DNA of 64,000 nucleotides, taken from the NCBI RefSeq assembly GCF_009914755.1, contig NC_060947.1; one strand, 5' to 3'. This DNA is from the human T2T-CHM13v2.0 reference genome, Homo sapiens. Below are positions 1 through 13,180 of the stretch, piece by piece (position 1 is the stretch's first letter; each line of letters starts with the position of its first letter). The notes below the pieces were generated by a model that had not been told where the DNA came from, searched no databases, and was given only the letters and a program-made list of their open reading frames with translations. The position numbers and the translations under genes are program-made.

Positions 1-1094
1 AGACATTATGTCAACTCTGAACCCTGCTTTGTCAGCCATCAACTTACACAGTCCAAACAGACAGAGTTGGGCTTTGGTGCCCTTTTTGTAAATAAATAAA
101 TAAAAGTCCCACAAAGAGATAAGCATATGTAATTACACATTATAGTCGTTCACCATATGTATTGTCAAGTGCATACCAGGATCACATTTAAAACCATTCA
201 TTTTCTGTGCCTCAGAAGTGCTAGCATCTGCAGACATTAGATCCATATTCAAGCCAGTGAGATGAGTTACCATGGCCCTCTGTTAATTATACACAACATT
301 CTCTACTTTCCTTGTGAAGAGTGCTGTGCTTGGCTTGGGTCCAGACATCAATTTGTGGGGTAAAGTGTTTTTAGGTTTAAGAAAAAACAAGGCAGTGGTT
401 TGTTGCTTTGTAAATGGTGTAGGAAAATTTTTAAAAGTGAACAAGAGATAATTCAAACATATACAACTGAAAGCTTGTTAGTAGCTAGAGCTCAGTGAAG
501 GAAGAAAATCCTAGAAAGTCTGGGAAGGAAATGACTTCAACTAATTTTAGAAAGTGATTTATATGGTCTTAAAATGGTTTAAAAATAAATGGTCATTATT
601 CAAATCACATAGACCAGTGGTTTCTGAGTCTATGTTAATATCAGGAAATTATACTCACTTATTGGGGCTTGGATAGATAAAACAGCCTGTGTGTTGATGG
701 ACACAACTCTACTAAATAGAGTAACTAACCCAGCCAAAATGCAGAAACTTGTTAAAAGCATCTAAATTCATGGTCAGTGCAAATACACAATTATCTGCAG
801 TCGGGATAACCAAAATAAACAACACTCAGAACCATAAGAAGGTTCTAAAAAACATTCAAGATTGAGAACTTGACTTTTATGAGTTAGAAAAGTAATCAAC
901 GAGCAAAAGCAGTTCATGCTAGGCCAGGGTTTCATCCATTCAGTGTATTCAGGGACAAAGCCAACAATTCACAAGGTCTGAAAAGCCATGCAGTTTCTCC
1001 AAGTTTAGGCAGAGGCACAGCTACCTGTAAATGGGTTGATATCTAAGTGTAGATAGATATACACACCAAATTACTGCACAACTTTGCAGTGATT

Positions 1095-1440
1095 CTGCCC
1101 CCTCTGACTGGAATGCTCTTCCCCACTTCTCTTTGCTAGGTTGCAATTACTCATTCTCTAAAAGCCTCAGCATGAACATTACTTCTGTGGGAAGCATTTC
1201 TACCTTTTCTACCCTCTACATCTAAGGTTCTGCTAGGTACTCTACTATGCTCTGACAATCCCCCATTACAGTACTTAAACTTTTTAAAGAGTCTGTTGTC
1301 TTCCTTATTTGGCCATAAGCTCATGAGCCAAGAGTCATTCCTGTCTTGATTATTATATTTTTCCCCCAGCATATTACAGTATCTGGCATATAGTAGAACT
1401 TAATAAATATCTGTTGACTATATTAATGAATAAATAAATA
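1095..1440 (+). mobile_element. L2 LINE 3' fragment
   Basis: Ends in a typical L2 terminus: tctggcatatagtagaacttaataaatatctgttga...atgaataaataaat. Confidence 0.7.
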
Positions 1441-1714
1441 GATACATAGCCAGATAAAAGTATATTAATGTCCATCCAATTCTACACAGTTCAAAGTAAC
1501 CATTTTTTAAAAGCCAATGAGGAAAAAAAGTATGTTTGAAAACATGAGGATTTATGTGTGCATGTCTCTTTAAGTTTGATGATGATGGTGAAGTGTGCAT
1601 GTGTTTATGGGTAAGGGAGGGGCTTTCTAAATACACAAATACTGGTATACATAAATAATTCCTGAAGAGTCATAATTCCTCGGATTTATGTATTTATGCT
1701 CAAACTGTTTCCAT

Positions 1715-1860
1715 CCATGTTTCATTTATTCTTACAACCTCCAAGCAAAAGAGATAAGGACAGATATTATCATTGTCATTTTTCCGAAGAGGAAATGGAT
1801 TGAGAAGTGATGTGAACCTGCTCAACTGCAAATGGTATCCCAATATCCGAGTTGATGCTC
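1715..1860 (-). mobile_element. MIR fragment
   Basis: Degenerate antisense MIR core (catttattcttacaacc...tattatcattgtcatttttccgaagaggaaa). Confidence 0.55.
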
Positions 1861-3009
1861 CAGCCACTAGAACGGTGTAACCTGGTAAGATCACAATTAT
1901 TACCACAATCTTTTTAGAGCAAGAAAAATAGATATGAGCAAATATCTGAGGCAGAAAGCAAGCCCATAATTCATACTAACTAATCTGCTTTGTGGTCTCT
2001 AGTAAAGGTAATTTAGCTTCTGGGTTCAAATTACTTAACTAGCACATACAAGGGGAAATTAGGGGTACAATACAAGTTTACTTTCCGTTTTCAGTTGATA
2101 AAACTTTGCATTAATATTAGTCAGTCAGCTTAACAGAAGAAATTAACAGGCTAATAAGATGAAATACATTTAACAAGAAAGACTAAGATTTTAGCTAGGA
2201 TAATTAAATCTAATATTTTTCTTAAATGAAATTGATAGGAAAACAAAAACTTCTGGTCTAATTTATGTTTGTAATTAATACCATACGGAAAGTAACATTG
2301 GGATTAAAACATCTATATTCATTGAGCTCTTTTTTAGCCCTATATGATCCATTTTGATTGTTACACAAAATCATTTAAATGAGGGGCTCTCCCCCATATT
2401 TCCTTTCTGTAAAATAAAATAATAATCAATACAACTCAGTAGGAAGTTTTCAAATCCAGGAAGCAAAATAGGTGCTGCTCCCAAAGGAGTTCTGAGGGTC
2501 AGTTATAAATGAAATTATATTACATTTTTCAGCCTCATATGATGCCTTTTCATCAAGGAGCTCAAAGATTTCCCAGGAATGGCCAACGTCCTGGGATCAG
2601 TAGAATTAAGCCGTGAATGGCGTCTTTGTCTAGAAGTGAAAGGCAATGGTGACCTTCCTAGACTGAGAACTGAGTAGATCAGCCTTATGATTGTCTCTGG
2701 TTCTATTAACCCACTATCACTGGCATGGCATTCAACTCAAAAGGAAGATTTCACTGTTAAAAGTAATCTATGTGTTTTTAGTGTTTATTGTAACATATAA
2801 CAAATGTGCACTTCTTTATTTAGCCCTTCTAGCCTCACCCCATCTTCAATGTACTGGCTGATCCTGCTCCTACTTTCAGATCTTTCTCTCTGATGGGCTA
2901 CTTGTTGCTCTTCGGTGCTCCATGAGAATAAGAAGCAATAAGAACAAAAGTCACCTATTCCTCAATAGCTGGCATAAGAAGTCATATATTAGGGCAGGAT
3001 ACTATAACA

Positions 3010-3262
3010 GCAATAACTGCTGTTATTAAATGCCCATTACATGCCAAGCCCTATATGGTCAGGTATTTTACATGCACTATCTCATTTAATTTTATCCACA
3101 AACTATCAGATAAATATTACTGCTTACTTATTTTGTAGAAGGGGAATTTGAATATCAACTGGCTAATTTATTTACCCTAGGTCTCACAGCTAAGTAAATG
3201 GCAGACTCAGGATTCAAACCAAGGTTCGTCTGGTTCCAAAATACATTTTCTATGCCACACTA
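3010..3262 (-). mobile_element. MIR
   Basis: atctcatttaat...ggtctcacagctaagtaaatggcagactcaggattcaaacc matches antisense MIR. Confidence 0.75.
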
Positions 3263-3384
3263 TCACCCTGAAGCAAAATGAGGTGCTCTAAATAGGGTGT
3301 TAGGGGTATGCATGCCTGTAAGCATAAGGAATTCCAAACTTTCAGACATTTTCTGGCCCAAGAAATGATACAGAACTTTGGGTA

Positions 3385-3632
3385 ACAATAATGGCTAACA
3401 TTTTTTGAGGGTACAGTACATGCCAGAAACTGTTCTAGGAGCTTTACACACATTGACTCATTCAATCCTTACAATAACCCTCTTAAGGTATATGCTACTA
3501 TGACGCCCATGGCAATGATGAAGCAACTCTGGCATTAAAAGGTGAAATGACTTACTCAAGATTGCACAGCTTAGAACTGGTGGAGCTAGAATTCAAATTT
3601 CAGCAGTCTGGCTTCAGAGTCTACATATTTAA
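3385..3632 (-). mobile_element. MIR
   Basis: tgccagaaactgttctaggagctttaca...tgacttactcaagattgcacagct...cagtctggcttcagagtc. Confidence 0.75.
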
Positions 3633-3699
3633 CAAAAACATTTTATTAATGAGAAATTGGTTGAGATCAAGAATTGTCACAAGAGGAAAAAGAAAATAA

Positions 3700-3890
3700 T
3701 CACAGAGTTTTAGAGTTAAGAAGAACCTTAAAGATTATTTAGTCCAATCTTCTTATGTTCCTAATGAGAAAAGAGAGGCAGAGCAATATTAAGCAACTTG
3801 CCTAAGGTCACATGGCTTGTAATTAGCTGAGCTTGCATCACAGCCCAGGCCTTCTGACCCCTAGTCATGTGCTCATTCTATTATATCATA
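3700..3890 (-). mobile_element. MIR3-like SINE
   Basis: agagttaagaagaaccttaaagattatttagtccaa followed by MIR core aagcaacttgcctaaggtcaca. Confidence 0.65.
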
Positions 3891-4099
3891 TTATATTCTC
3901 CCTGATGCACTCATGTAACAAAATGTGAGTTGAATTCAATTAAATTGCCTTTCTGGACCTGCACCTGAGCTACTAAACTTGAATGGGGAAAAATGCACAT
4001 AGCTGAGCAAATGGGCTTCACGTTCATTTAAAGCATTCATGATCACAAGCCTCAACTGAGCACTCATCTCTGCTCAACAATGCTACTTCTGTATTAAAC

Positions 4100-5660
4100 T
4101 TGCTTTCCCACTCTTTAAAGTGACAATATCTTCATTGTTATCTTCAATCCTCCTATATTTTCCCCCACTCCACTCCACTTCCTGCCATTAACTAATGATA
4201 TGCCTCATACTTCATGGAGAAGAAAAAGGTATCAGAAGAAGTAGCTCTTTCATCTTCCTACCACCAAATCTGCAAACCTGTCTATGTCTCTATCTATATT
4301 CTGTGTTGTTAAAATGGAACAAGTGTCGCTAAATCCCATCCTTTCTTGCTGCTTAGACTGCAGATGTTCCTCTTTCTTCTTCTGCATCATCATTTCTGTC
4401 TTTCTACTGGAAGTTGGCCTTGGCTCCTACTCTTTCAACATTCCATATATTCCAACCATCGGTTAAATCTTATCTTTTGATTATAATTCTAAAATACATC
4501 TTGAATCTGTACATTTTTCATCACCATTGCTAACATCATCCAAGTCACCATGTTCTCTTATCTAGGCTCCTGCAGTAAGTAAATAGCCTCCTAACTGGCT
4601 GTGTCATGCTTCCACTCTTGCCCATCTTTAACTCATTCTCTGCTGAGCAGCTATCTCTAGTACATTTTCTGTTGCTATACCAGAATAACACAAACTGGGT
4701 AATTTATAAAGAAAAGAAGTTTATTTGGCCTATGGTTCTGAAGGCTGGGAAGACCAATATTAAGGGGCTACATCTGGCAAGGGCCTTCATGCTACATCAT
4801 AACACGGCTGAAGGGCAGAAGGGCAAGCAAGCACACAAAACAGAGGGAATGGGGGCCAAACTTCTATCTTTTTATCAGAAGTCCACTCCTGCAATAACTA
4901 ATCCAGTCCTGTGGCACTAACTCATTCATGAGGACAGAGCCCTCATGACCTAATCATCTCTTACGGGTACCATTTCCCAATACTGTTAACATTGGCAATG
5001 ACCTAATCATCTCTTACAGGTCCCATCTCCCAATACTGTTAACATTGGCAATTAAATTTTAACATGAGTTTTGGAGGAGACATTCAAACCACGGTTGCAG
5101 TCAAAGTAGTCTTTTAAAAAGTGTAAAACAATTCATTATCACTCCTGTGCTTAAAATCTTTCTATGGATTCTCACTGCTCTTAGAATAAAAATCCAAACT
5201 TGTTTGGACCTATAAGCCCAGTATGATGTTTACCTCTCCCAACTTCATCTCATGCTACATTCCCTCTCATTCAACTATACTGGCCTTCCCTGTGTTCCCG
5301 CAATACAACCACTCATCTCTTGCCTCAGAGACCTGTGCTTGCTGTTCCTCAGGCTCTTTGCATGACAGGTACTTCCTCAATTATCAGGTCTCAGCCTAAA
5401 ATTCACTTTCTCATAGAAACCTTTTTTCCATGATATCAAAGTAGGTCCTCTCATATTTTTACTCATCCATAGCTATCTTAGCACTTCCTATAGTTGATAA
5501 GTATTTTATGCATATATTTATGTATTTCCATGTTTATTTGTCTGTTGTAAAGCTCAATGAGGGCAGCGACCTTTGTATATATTTTTTCACTGTTGTTTTT
5601 ACAATATCTAGCAGAGTATCTAGTACCAAAAAGGTGCTCAATAAATTTTTGCTGAACTAA
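4100..5660 (+). mobile_element. L2 LINE, split by an MST LTR
   Basis: L2-type pyrimidine-rich segments on both sides of the LTR; L2 3' end at ~5600-5660 (aggtgctcaataaatttttgctgaa). Confidence 0.65.
4652..5096 (-). mobile_element. MaLR solo LTR (MST family, MSTC/MSTD-like)
   Basis: tgttgctataccagaata...actgggtaatttataaagaaaagaagtttattt at one end and aacatgagttttggaggagacattcaaacca at the other; possible 5-bp TSD gcagc/gcagt. Confidence 0.85.
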
Positions 5661-5746
5661 AAAGTTAATTCCTGGATTGCTCTGAATAATATCTGGGACA
5701 ATGCTATTTAATAAGGATACTCTAAGTAGGGGAAAATAATTCTTAC

Positions 5747-5839
5747 TTCTTTAGGAAAAGAATCTGGTTGCTTTCATGATCCCAAACCTTTTGCCAACCT
5801 TTAATCAGCAGGTTCTAATCTTTTTGTGGTGATCTCTGT
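5747..5839 (-). other. Candidate non-coding exon (93 nt)
   Basis: Minus-strand acceptor T11-aattcag|ACAG, donor GAA|gtaaga; stops in all three frames; no repeat recognised. Confidence 0.5.
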
Positions 5840-6193
5840 CTGAATTAAAAAAAAAAATCTACAAAATTAAACCAGATGAGGGACAGGACCCTGAAGGTGA
5901 CAGCCGTTTAATGCTCTCTTTGTCAAATATGCTCCGTCTCACTATACATGCTTGGACAGAAAGAGAGACACATTTTACTTGGTTATTTTTTTCCTCAAGC
6001 CATTTATTCCTCTGCTAAGTAGTTTATCGATTCTTCAACATCAATTTAGAGCTGGAGCTTACAGCACTCCCATCAGAAATCTTACAGTGCTCAAAATAAA
6101 TGACTTGCCCAAAGAATACCATGTCAGTTGTTAAAGAAGTAACTCTGGAAACAAATACACCTAAAGGCAGATACTAAATATAGATATTCCCTT

Positions 6194-6208
6194 ACACACA
6201 CACACACA

Positions 6209-6241
<33 letters not shown>
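6194..6241. repeat. (CA)n microsatellite
   Basis: ~24 units with one TA interruption. Confidence 0.97.
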
Positions 6242-6781
6242 CCCACTTGGGAACTGACTTTTCTAAGAACAAAAAGCAAAAATAAAACAGAAAAAAATCT
6301 ATAACATATGAAAAGTTCAGTAGTATGGCAGTCTAATACAAAAAATGTTAAAATTCACTATAGCCTACCACCTCCCACTGATGTTCCATAATGGTTATTT
6401 TAGACAGGAAGCACAAGGTTGCCAAATGTTCTTGTTCTAAATTTCCTGTACTAGTTTCACATCCTACACATCTAGCCCTAGTATTAAAAATACTGTCCAT
6501 GATATTTTACTTCCTGGCTTTGAGAGCAGGGGTCTCCTAGGCCTGTCTATAAACCTTTAGGGACTCAAATTCCAACTTTCATCCTGTAGAAAGCATATCT
6601 GCCTTCACACACCACCCCCTTTTAGCAAAATGTTGGTTATGCTCAAATGCTTTGGGATTAGGTGTGAGGAAATCTTGAATTACATACCTAAATATAACTC
6701 CCTAACTGGTGGGCCAGATAAACATAAGAAAGACACATATGTTTTAATAACGTCATCTGAAGTATAAGTATTCATGTATAA

Positions 6782-6782
<1 letters not shown>

Positions 6783-6826
<44 letters not shown>
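6783..6826. repeat. (CA)n microsatellite
   Basis: ~22 perfect units. Confidence 0.97.
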
Positions 6827-6831
<5 letters not shown>

Positions 6832-7667
6832 CACTGAATTTTCTTTTCACCCTAGAATGAAAGCAGGTACTAAACTTTCTTGAGTCTTAGCATTGCACAT
6901 TTAAAATAACTGCTTTACATGTTGATTTGGAGTTGCAACTCATCTGAGATACGGAGGGGATTTTCCAAAGTGCACTGGAATCTGGGCACACATGAAATTG
7001 CAATTACTTTCCATTCCTTTTCTTCAATTTCCCCATAATTGCTCTTCCTGATATATCTCTATCTTCTTTGGGGGACTATGGAAAGGGGACCAACAAAACA
7101 GGTAGTCTTTCAAACTGTGAGACCAGACAGGGTCGTTTCATTCAATAAATATTTATTGAGTACTTGCTAGGTGCCAGGCACTGTTCTAGGAGCTGGCATG
7201 ACGAGCCCACACAGAGGTTACACAGGTTCAAATTAGCTTAAGAGAGTAACAAGGGGGGAAGAATTTCTGATGTGTGAGGCTGTTTTTTTGAATCAAGCAA
7301 TGGAACAGCAACTGCCATAGGCTGTCAGTAGCAGGTGAAATGTCAAATAGGGAGTCTTGTCTTTGGGGATGCCTGACTTTAGCTTCCCTTCTAATGCCAG
7401 CATAGTACATCTAAGGATTCAGGGAAAGGATATCCGAAAAATGAAGGCGATTTTGCTGCCAACTAAGATGAATGGAACACTTTCTAAAGGCAGCCCTCAA
7501 ACCATTCTTGCCCTGAGCCAGGTTTCCACTGTTACTTTGATTTACATCTTGGGTTTAAGGTCCTTCTTTACCTTTTACTCCTCATCACTCCAAAGCAGCA
7601 ATTAGAGGCAGTTCAGGGAAACAAATTAACTTTATTTTATAGGAGGAAACCTCATAGTAAACTTCTA

Positions 7668-7800
7668 TCATTCACTAATTCAACAAATGTTCACTGAGCA
7701 CCTACTATGGCCAGAAATTGCTCTTGGTGCTGGAGATATATATATTAGTATCAGTAAACAAACAGACAATAAGCCCTCATCTCATGGAGCTTACATTTTA
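7668..7800 (-). mobile_element. L2 3' end
   Basis: attcaacaaatgttcactgagcacctactatg...ctcatggagcttacatt. Confidence 0.7.
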
Positions 7801-8213
7801 AATGGGGGTTGCTAAGTTACAGGCAATTTTGTAATAACCACATTACTTAGTACTAGTTTAAGTGATAAAACAATCCCTTCTTGTTCCTCCATTCTCTAAC
7901 TTCCACTATAGAGCCCAACCTTTCAGCCCATGTCTTCTTGTTGCTTTTGAAGTTTCTATACTACTCCTAGACATAACCTTTATATTCTCTTTCAACTGAC
8001 TCTGCCTCCTCTCAGGTACTCAGGCACATCCCCTTTAGTTGGGATTAGCCCTAATGAATGGCACTCTCCTTACAATGGAACTCCATCTCTTTCAGATCCT
8101 GTTGACAGCAATTTGACTGAAATCCCCAGGGCACTGGGCTCCGGTTTCTGGTCTTGGGCATTTACAAATTCTTGTTTTTCTTAACTGCTCTTTAACCTTT
8201 ACTTCCTGCTTAC

Positions 8214-8616
8214 TTTGTTCCTCTTTTTTTTCCCCTGATAAACATTTTTCAACCATGTTGAGAAAGGAGGATAGCTGGGAATATAACAAAGCAGGATCCA
8301 ATTTAAAGAAATCTATTTGTCTTTTTTTTTTTTAATCTCGATTGTCAAAGATGATTTGAAAAAGAAAGCTTCTGGGACCAGGTACCGTGTCTTCATAAAA
8401 CTCTGATCTCATATATACATTGTTGCTTCCTGCAGAATTTCTGCAAGCTGTTCTTTAAAATAATTATGCTGTGTGTTTCTGGGTTCTTATGGGATTTTAA
8501 CATTTTGAAACTGCAGGGGCAAACAGGAAAATCTTCAAATGTGATTACTTGGTAGTCAAATAAAATGTTATAAGAAATTTCTCCATTTTTCACACCCTCC
8601 AATTTTTCCACCCCAT
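8214..8616 (-). other. Candidate non-coding exon (3' boundary uncertain)
   Basis: Acceptor cttgttttctatttcag|ATG at 8616; best donor AAA|gtaagc at 8214; could instead be a terminal exon using AATAAA at 7631-7636. Confidence 0.4.
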
Positions 8617-9024
8617 CTGAAATAGAAAACAAGTTGAAAATACATCAGTCCAAAGGGTAATTTTATGAAAAAGATAAGCACCTAGGAACAGAGGCTTATA
8701 ATGAAAGTGTCTCCTCCACCATAGAGAAACACTAATATAATTCAATATAGTTTATAAAACCATCCCTGCCAATCAAAATATAGAAAAGACAATTTCCTGT
8801 TTGTGGAAATAGATGTGATACTAAACAGAACCAAATCAGGCTGCAATTAACTTAGAAAAAAAACAGATACACTAGACTCAGTCTAGCTAGAAGAATGTTG
8901 CATTACAACACATTTGCATGCTAGCTTAATAAAATTAAGATTTCCAAGGGAATTCTCATCCTGGGGAGGGGAGGCGGTGGGGGGTGGAACTGAATGAGCT
9001 ATATAGAAAAAAGTTAAATAGTAA

Positions 9025-9250
9025 AAATAGCTATCATTCACAGAGAGTTTACTATGCACAAGGCAGTTTACAAAGTACTTTACATGCATTTTCTTATTTC
9101 ATTCTCATAATTTTAACAGGTGAGTGAGTACTCTTATTGTCTCAGTTTTACAGATGAGGCAACTGAGGCTCAGAGATTAAGTTAGATGTATACATTCACA
9201 CCAGTATTAAGGGGTAGAATTCAGATCTATGTCTGCTCTTAACTGCTAGG
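9025..9250 (-). mobile_element. MIR
   Basis: Core ttttacagatgaggcaactgaggctcagaga. Confidence 0.8.
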
Positions 9251-9367
9251 TTATGTTGCCACCAATAGAATACATAACATACATATCTGTCTATTTAATA
9301 TTTATTTACATGTAATATGTATGTATATTATGATAGGTAAATTCTACACGAATTAGCTAGGCAGAAA

Positions 9368-9570
9368 GCAGCATAACATATTAGAAAAAAACACTTGATT
9401 AGGAGTCCCGAGGCCTGGGTTTGTACTCTAGGCTCTGACACTAACTAGTTTGTATGGCTTCAGGTGAGTAATTTAACACCTCTGTGCCTCAGTTTCCCCA
9501 TCTATAAAACAAGAATATCAAGCAGAAGCTTCCATAACATCCCCTTTAGCTCTACCATTCTATTACTCTA
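9368..9570 (+). mobile_element. MIR3/MIR
   Basis: ggctctgacactaactag...ctctgtgcctcagtttccccatctataaaa. Confidence 0.75.
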
Positions 9571-9629
9571 CTGAAATAAGTTATGTCACATAAATTACCA
9601 TGAATGTTTTGCCTTTGCAGATAACTTAC

Positions 9630-9868
9630 ACCGAAAGCAACTCAAGGAATAAATTCTGCTAAAAAGCACACCCTTGACACAGCAGATCTGCTAGAAAGAG
9701 GGAGATGATTTCAAAAGGAGAAACTTCCTGTGATAGCAAATGGAGCTGCCAGCGTAGTCTTTGAACTCTCCTTCACCATCAGCCAACGAAAGACTTCAGT
9801 TATTCTTCACTAAAAATGACAGTCTGCAAGTATTTTGGACCTCCAGGTCGAGGCTAAGTTGGCAAGAA
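9630..9868 (-). other. Candidate non-coding exon (239 nt)
   Basis: Acceptor ggttttctctccatttag|, donor GGT|gtaagt; further internal acceptors (tctccctctttctag near 9691); stops in all three frames. Confidence 0.5.
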
Positions 9869-11427
9869 CTAAATGGAGAGAAAACCATTTTACAGGGTCA
9901 CTGCTAAATCCAGAATCACGGGATTTCTGAAGAAACTGTATATGGGTGACTAAATCAAAGGCTTCTGTTAGGTCAATAAAAATGTTTCTAATAATAAAAG
10001 TCTCAGACTTTGTTTCTGAAATATCACTGGTGCTTTAAGTTGAATTGAGAGAAAGGCTAGATATGAAACATAACTAGACCACTGTTAGAGAATTCCCTTC
10101 TCTAGGGACTGAGCATCTGGGAAAAATGTCACGTAACCTTAGCAAGACACATGGAATCACAATCAATGTAGGCAGACTCTGATTTTTGATCCTTTGTACA
10201 ATGCACAATACCAAATTGATCAGTGAGTCTCCAGAAAAAAAAAAATGAGCACATTCAAAGACTCGACTGGCCTTCTACAGGGGGTTTTCAGCAGTCTGAG
10301 GAGCAACTGATTGAAGAGTCTTAAGCTTTTATGTTTGTATTTCTCCAGAGCAGTTCTTGGCTAGCTTCTCTCTGCTCTGCTGCCTTCCCAGGTGACTAAC
10401 AGCTGTTATCTCTGACCCAGGAAGTAGTGATAAGCTACGTTCCTAGCTGCCTTTCCAAAGCTCTCAAGAGTGGGTAAAAGAGGTTACTGATAGTGTCTTC
10501 TCACTTTTACTACTGACAGTGATGGAATTCCTAGAGAGCTAATTTTTCTCATGAAATATTTTATTTTATAAAGGTAGCCAAAGAAAGGCAAAGAAAGGCT
10601 GGGGGAGAGGAAGAGAGTAAGCTATTTAGCTTTATCTGTGGGTTATTTTCCTCATGGCATAGTACTTTGTGTTTTTAAATTCAATGAAACCTTTTATCCT
10701 CTAGGTGAGCATTTTATATGAACCCACAGATGGCTTTTTTAGTTGGCCAATATTAGAAATACAAAGGTGTCTGAATGAATAGATAACTGACATTATCACA
10801 GGGTTGGAAAGGGAAGAAGCATATGGCAGGTTGATACTAGGAATTATTAAGATAAAATTGAAAGTGTTGGAATTTGAAAGTGGGTACTAAATTCATTTGG
10901 ATTACAAATTATTACAATGAGAAACCAGAACCTTACAGACTAATCAATTTTCATTAATGGATTTCTTTTGACCTTGTCCAGTGGTTTCTAAATTGGTTCT
11001 TGCAACAGACCCTTGGAATGGCTTCTCTCCATTTGGTGGCCCAGTGCATTAACTTATACTTCTCCTGTGCCAACAGCTCATCTACAGTAACAGAAGTGAA
11101 GCCTTTCTACTATGAGCTCTGAGTACCCAACTAAGTCCACAAATGGACTAGAAAGGTCATAGCTGCTCACTAACCAGTAGACATGTCAAATCAGATTTGT
11201 ATAATTTTAGAGTTGAAATGGTCCTTTGAGGTTATCTTACTTTTAACCTTGATCCCAGTAAAAGAATCTCATTCACAGCATGCCTAACAGTGGCATCTAG
11301 ACATACTTAAACATGTTCAGGACTGGAAAAGTCCTTGCTTCATAAGAACACCCATTCCACCGCCAGACAGTTTGAATAGAAAGGTTTTCCCCTATATGCT
11401 AGGCGAAAATCTGAATTCCTATGGCTA

Positions 11428-11623
11428 CCTGGGTTCATATCCAGGTTCCCTCATTTATATGATCTTGGGTAGATCACTTAATCTCTGTGTTTCAGTTTCT
11501 TTATATGTAAAAATGGAGATAACAATAGTACCTACCTCATAGGATTGCAATTAAACAAGTTAACACAAATCAAGTACTTAGCACAGTCCCTGGTACAAAA
11601 TAAGTGCTCAGTAAATATCAGCT
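11428..11623 (+). mobile_element. MIR
   Basis: acttaatctctgtgtttcagtttc...aatagtacctacctcatagg...aagtgctcagtaaat. Confidence 0.8.
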
Positions 11624-11869
11624 CTTGATCTTACTGCTAATATTACTGCTACATTTACAACTGCTACTATCACTACTAAGGATACCCTCTGGAGTGACAC
11701 ATATCAATCTTCAATCCTCTTGTTCATATCAGCTCTTCAAATATTTGAAGACTCCTATCCAAAGCATGAGCTTCAAAGGTATGCATCTCTCTGCTTTATA
11801 TTAACTCTGTATTAGGCAAGTTATCTGATACCTTCAAATCAGACACTTTGAAAGCAGATAACACCTACT

Positions 11870-12193
<324 letters not shown>

Positions 12194-12969
12194 AGATAAC
12201 TCCTACTGTACAGGGTGGCTGTGAGAATAAGAAGAGATAATATACGCAAAGTGCCTGGCACAAAAGAGGTACTTAAAAATATGTCAGTTCCCTTCCCCTT
12301 CTCCATTCCTAAGTTTTTTCTTTTCTAGACACTAAAAGCCCAATATCTAACCTTTCTTTACATGGTAGTGTTTTCCAGCCCCTGGCCATCTTTGTTTCAT
12401 TCTAGTCTGTCAAGTATCTTTCTTAAGAAGTAGTTCCCAGAATGATAGAAAGCATGATTTTAGGTATGGCCCAAGTATGCCATGCAGAGTAGACTGTTCC
12501 TTAATCTCGAGAAGATAAAGCTCAACTCAAGGCACATGTGGTCAAGGTAGGGGTCACATATAGTCTCTTATCACTATGATATTTTTTGTTCATTGATTTC
12601 CTTTTTTCCTGGCCCATAGGCTAATGAGTGATAAATTCCATCAGAAATTCAAGTTACTTACTGAATCAGAGGAGTTGCACTGGCCTGCTCCTGTAGCTCT
12701 TTCCTAGGACTCTGCTTTCTTAGCAGTTGGGATACATACACAATGCAGTGAATCTAATTCCTGCCACACACACTAAGGGGCATTGCCGCCAAAGTGTCTC
12801 TTGCAATCCATTTTATGTGGTTGCTTTCCAAGGCAACTTACTGAATTAAAAAGATAATAAATTTAATCTTGTTGGTTACTACTGATTAAGCATCTCAAGT
12901 CATGTAAAGAGGTAGAGTTCATGCTTTGGAAGTGTAATATTGGAGTTCAGTTTTCACCTTTCTGATTTT

Positions 12970-13180
12970 CTGGAGGCAGTAAAGAATACTGAGAAGATCA
13001 CTAATTGAGTCAAGGAACTTGAGATCAAGCCCTATCTATGCCACTAACCTACCTAGTGTTTGAACATGGATCAGTCATTTAACCTATTTGGATCACGGTT
13101 TCCTCATTCATAAAATGAGGGTGTTGGACTACTTAAGTTTTAATATCTCTTCTGGGTCCAATAATGTATAGTTCTATTCT
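12970..13180 (+). mobile_element. MIR3
   Basis: agtcatttaacct...gtttcctcattcataaaatgagggtgttggacta. Confidence 0.7.

Noticed and set aside
8393-8632. 79-aa minus-strand ORF overlapping a candidate exon
   Set aside because: Non-ATG start lying in the acceptor tract, stop in mid-exon, and the upstream candidate exon has stops in all frames
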